DNA of 53,350 bases, filler included, from Jimgerdemannia flammicorona (Eukaryota), in the NCBI GenBank assembly GCA_003990765.1. It is 2 parts of 2 records of this genome, joined end to end, with 100 filler letters (N's around TTAATTAATTAA, not from the genome) between each part and the next. Parts side by side here need not be neighbours in the genome. Positions count along the whole stretch, not along the records: positions 26,727 to 53,350 come from RBNJ01000711.1; 1 more part is not named here. The stretch is one strand, 5' to 3'. How positions within the stretch are numbered: the first letter of the stretch is position 1; each line of letters begins with the position of its first letter. The notes below the pieces were generated by a model that was not told the origin of the DNA, ran no database searches, and was given only the letters and a program-made list of their open reading frames with translations. Positions 49,663 through 53,350 of this stretch are shown here, piece after piece. A program made the position numbers and the translations under genes.

Positions 49663-50678
49663 CATGGTACATAGTACATGAGAAATAGACATAAAATTAA
49701 CAAATACCTATCGGTGGTAGCTTTGTCAACGTTTGAAAGAACAGCGAGCAAGGATCCATCGGATGATAAGGCAAAACGGGACTGCCAGCGGGAATCCATA
49801 GGAGCAATGTTGCGCAACATTAACTCGCGAAGCTGGTACGAATTCTTGTAAGGCTGCGGAATGGACTGATACATGAGGGATAAACGGTCCATCTTTCGAT
49901 GTAGGGCTGCGACGTTGAGATCGAGGTCAAGAGATCGGACGATGTTGCAAATGTCGAAGAAGATTGTACGGGCGACGGTAAGATCTGGCAGGCGATACAC
50001 TCGCAGGTAAGGCGGGCAGCAGAGAATCATACTTTCGCTACCGAGGAAGTTATCATCGCCAAAGAATATGGTGCCGCTGCGCAGTTGGAGTTTCTGTATC
50101 TGGCCATCTGTACGTCGCCCTTCCTCGGCACTTTTGAAAACTGGTGAGGCAGGAGGATGGTCGGTGTCCGTATCGCTAGCGTTGAAGAACTTGATGACGA
50201 TGGGCCCGAGCTTGTCATTCTCGCGTGGCGTAAGCCAGTCACCTTCGGTACACCAACGTTTGCAGGTGTGTAGAATTTGACCTTCCATCACCGGCTCGTC
50301 GAAATCCTCGTAGCTAGCATTATGTGGATTTTTCTTGTGCACAAATGACACTGCACAGATATCTCCTGAATTCGCCACTGTGATTGACATGTTTACGAGC
50401 TCGCCAGTTTTTAGGATATTGTGAATGTCGATTTTTGTCTCGTGCAGAGCGTGTATATTGTTGAGCATCGTTATCTGTTTGCTTTCTTTGGGGGCCCGCC
50501 AGATCCGAACCACAACTTGTTCACCTTCTTTGTTTAGCGAAGCTACGAAATCGCCATTACATGACATTTTTATACACAGGATGTCATCTTCTGTGCTCTG
50601 TGGAGAACTTGGTGCGGACGACGGACCGTGTGATGGCACGGGTTGCAATTTGGTGCTGTGCTCATTCGAGTCAGACAT
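45823..50678 (-). CDS. TRP-like ion channel with N-terminal WD40-like propeller region and C-terminal SH3 domain (9-exon model, 1337 aa)
   Basis: Exons 50678-49708, 49556-47858, 47770-47423, 47353-47297, 47201-46942, 46798-46710, 46582-46424, 46329-46213, 46136-45823: all GT-AG, total 4014 nt in frame. Pre-S1 YQ|KWRAF; S6 TNILLLNVLIALLNNVY; TRP-box-like W...QIVADIE; SH3 ALFDY...GWWYG...GLFPANFV. Confidence 0.85.
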
Positions 50679-50787
50679 TTTTGAGGGTCGGAACTTGCTG
50701 CGAATAATGTATAATGATAGGGATGAGGTGGATACAATACTGGCAGTTGTCGGTACTGGGGGGTTTTTGAGTTATTAGGTAGGCCCG

Positions 50788-50793
<6 letters not shown>

Positions 50794-50819
<26 letters not shown>

Positions 50820-50820
50820 T
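50794..50820 (-). promoter_or_regulatory. Poly(dA:dT) tract ~115 bp upstream of the channel ATG
   Basis: Also present upstream of the paralogue (40754-40786); promoter role inferred. Confidence 0.4.
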
Positions 50821-52468
50821 CTAAGTGCAGCCACGATATTTATGAATGGTTTGTGGCGCTCGATTCACGCGTTCGCTTTTCGGACGTTAGCGATATTCGG
50901 AATTTCTAAGAGAAGGTTTGTACATGTAAACAACCTCACTAGTGGGTGTGTATCTAACGACGACGGGTATCCAGAATGTTTCCTACTTTGTGCATTATGC
51001 CTCAAAGCACAGAGGTTTCCGCTTTCAATATTATTTTCAATATAATTATGTTCTCATGTCTATAACACCATCAACGTGCTAAATTTCCCTCATACTCGAC
51101 CCCAACCGACCTTGCATATTTGTTTACCTTATCTCACTAATTTAGATCTTCTGTTCCTTCGTGCATATTTCCAAAGGCGCAGCGAGAAAAAAATTAGTTT
51201 GGTGGACCGTCACATCTCTCACAAATCAAAGCATCAAAGCGTCGAGTGACATTTGTATTATGTACATTGAATATACCTTTCCATCGTGTGTGTTTCGTAT
51301 TGTAGGATTCATTTTCATGCTTGTTCCGCGTACCCGATCTTCACCAAGCGATATTGCCTGTATCTCTGAAAACACGATTTCGGACTTGATGGATTCCACC
51401 AAAATAGTTTTCGTTCCCCTGCCAAAATTTCAGCTACTATGGATTGTTATAATTGGCAAGTAGTGGCGTTTGTGGGGTTTTCCCACACGCCACAGCAGGT
51501 CACAAAAGTGACAGCCGATATCGTTTGTTTAGCAAACCTCTGGACAACTGCACCTCTAACGTATTTACGCCCTCTCTCTGATGAGGAGACCGTAATTGGC
51601 CATGCGTGCGAAAGCTGACCTTTTCGATGTCGTAGCATAGCTGCGCCTCGAAGCTGTTCAAATAACGTTCACTTGAGGCGACTATATGGTGAACTGGTAA
51701 TAAAGAAGGGGGTTGGAGACGTATTGCTCAACTTGATGTATCTTTAAATACCAATGTTGTGTATGTGTAAAATCAACATGCTATGTGTGATGCAGCCCTA
51801 TGAAGGGCATTCCCTAATATCAATAAATAATTCTTCTGCACTTGACACGTCAGGCCGGACAGCTGCCAGTTGCGATATCGTGTGTTGGATGTTAACGTAT
51901 ATTCGTCGATATTATACAACTGCATATGGAGCAGGACAGGTTTAACCTTCTATATTCCAATTGCGATTAACCGTGCTGTAAAGGAATCATATGGCTTGGG
52001 ATGATCGGTGAACTTAGATCGACGAACCATTCATCATGTCGACGTGGATTATGTTGTGTGACTTATCCGGTTCGTTGACCCAGACTATTATGTGGATCGC
52101 TCGGAGAGCGAAACGTGTAAAGTACACATATCCTGAGAAAACAGTGCTAATCGAAGTGATGGGCGGGGAAGATGGCGGCGAAGCAAGGGACACACGTAAT
52201 TAATTAATTACCATTGATGATGTCATGACGCTTCAGTGGATCAGGTAATCCGAAACGCACAAGTGACGACCGAATATCACCATGCCAAAAATTTCCGCAC
52301 TCCAAATAAGAGATCCCAAAACCACGACTTTTAATATTTATTAGGAGGAGAAGAGAACAAAGGTAGAGGGAAGCGAGGTGAACAGAAAGCAGAGATGAGG
52401 AATACAAATTTTAGCGTGAGTCGACTATTCTATTGGAAACATTAACTATTCTATCGACCAACAAGCCC

Positions 52469-53044
52469 CTACTGAAATTCGTGACGTATTTCGCGTTCTC
52501 GTTCGTTTTGCATCTGCCGAGCTTCTTTCCGCTGGTACTCCTCCTTTGCAGTTTCGTGTGCACTTCGCCGACGTACGAGCTTTGTACTTTGAACATTATT
52601 ATCGATCCTGCTTTTGGGCTTACTATTTATTGGACGGATGGTAGAAGAATCGGGCGAGGATTGGTCGATGTAGGAGCTTCGTCCACGGAAATGTCTCCAG
52701 AACGTGTTTGTTATACGAGACTCGTCCTCGCGGTGGTTTCGCATCGAGGAGAATATGAGCGAAAGGCGTCTCCGACGGCGAGGTATGGAATGTCGAACGT
52801 CGAGGGAGTGACGAAGGGGAGGGGGGTGGGGGGGCTGATGCGGATGTGGATGCGGATGTGGATGCGGATGTGGCGAGTTGGGTAGAGTCGGGGAACTGAT
52901 GTTGGGCATGGACGACGTCTCGCAATGCCCATTCAACAAAGGTGGTTGGGTTGACGTCGGTTTGGGCAGGGAGGGGGGCGGTGTCGCTGGACGTCGAGAC
53001 ATCAACGGGCGGCTAAATAGCCATATCGGTCTCGACATGGACAA
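52469..53044 (-). CDS. 3' part of a paralogue of the unknown gene at 42204-44189, truncated by the contig end; Pro/His repeat
   Basis: DNNVQSTKL.RRRSA.E.AKEEYQRKEARQMQ.EREREI shared by both copies. Confidence 0.6.
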   Translation of the reverse strand: MSMSRPIWLFSRPLMSRRPATPPPSLPKPTSTQPPLLNGHCETSSMPNISSPTLPNSPHPHPHPHPHPHQPPHPPPLRHSLDVRHSIPRRRRRLSLIFSSMRNHREDESRITNTFWRHFRGRSSYIDQSSPDSSTIRPINSKPKSRIDNNVQSTKLVRRRSAHETAKEEYQRKEARQMQNEREREIRHEFQ

Positions 53045-53293
53045 AGGCGTTAGCTGGTATGGCGGGCGGTGTTGTGGGCGGTGTTGTAGTTTGGTATGGC
53101 GGGTGGTGCGGTTATATTTCCTTTGGCCCCGAGCCCCGTGAGCCCCTTTTCCTCGGACGGTCTAATCCCAAAAAATCAAAGCGCCCAACGAACAAATTGC
53201 CGTATTTGGGGCCAGCGCGTTCCATACATTCTTCTGTCGCCGCCAATTGAAATGGGAAGGCCGTCCTGCCGTCCCTGTCCCCGCATCCCCCCC

Positions 53294-53332
<39 letters not shown>

Positions 53333-53350
53333 CCCCCCCCCCCCCCCCCC

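Larger units (their letters stand above)
35345..53050. repeat. ~10.3-kb tandem segmental duplication (unit 1 from ~35345, unit 2 from ~45705)
   Basis: Channel gene, its upstream region and the neighbour gene 3' exon are repeated in the same order and orientation. Confidence 0.9.

Noticed and set aside
51578..51616. Hammerhead ribozyme core (CTGATGA...CGAAA)
   Set aside because: No stem II can form, and the other two copies read CTGATGG
53286..53350. Terminal poly(C) as a functional element
   Set aside because: Homopolymer at the contig end; length unreliable

Overview
Eukaryotic, intron-containing DNA, most likely fungal. An early-diverging/Mucoromycota-type genome is my inference from the gene and TE families, not proven. 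The window joins two separate contigs (1-26626 and 26727-53350) with an artificial 100-nt N/TTAATTAATTAA spacer. The left contig is a nested stack of decayed, almost CpG-free transposons. It holds an internally deleted Ty3/gypsy (A, 1-2727), a hAT MITE, and an old hAT interrupted by a 2.2-kb solo LTR and a full-length minus-strand Ty3/gypsy (B, 6871-23826). Element B encodes a dUTPase between protease and RT and has 1.6-kb LTRs carrying a ~274-codon ORF conserved at protein level. It is itself interrupted by a poly(A)-tailed insertion (which hosts a full-length L1/Tx1-like LINE) and by a truncated LINE. The right contig has a younger hAT transposase pseudogene with a convergent unknown spliced gene, a solo LTR and MITEs. 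It also has a ~10.3-kb tandem duplication of a WD40-like/TRP-like channel/SH3 gene (one intact 9-exon model of 1337 aa, one pseudogene) plus an unknown neighbour gene. All alignments and translations were done by eye; no searches were run.
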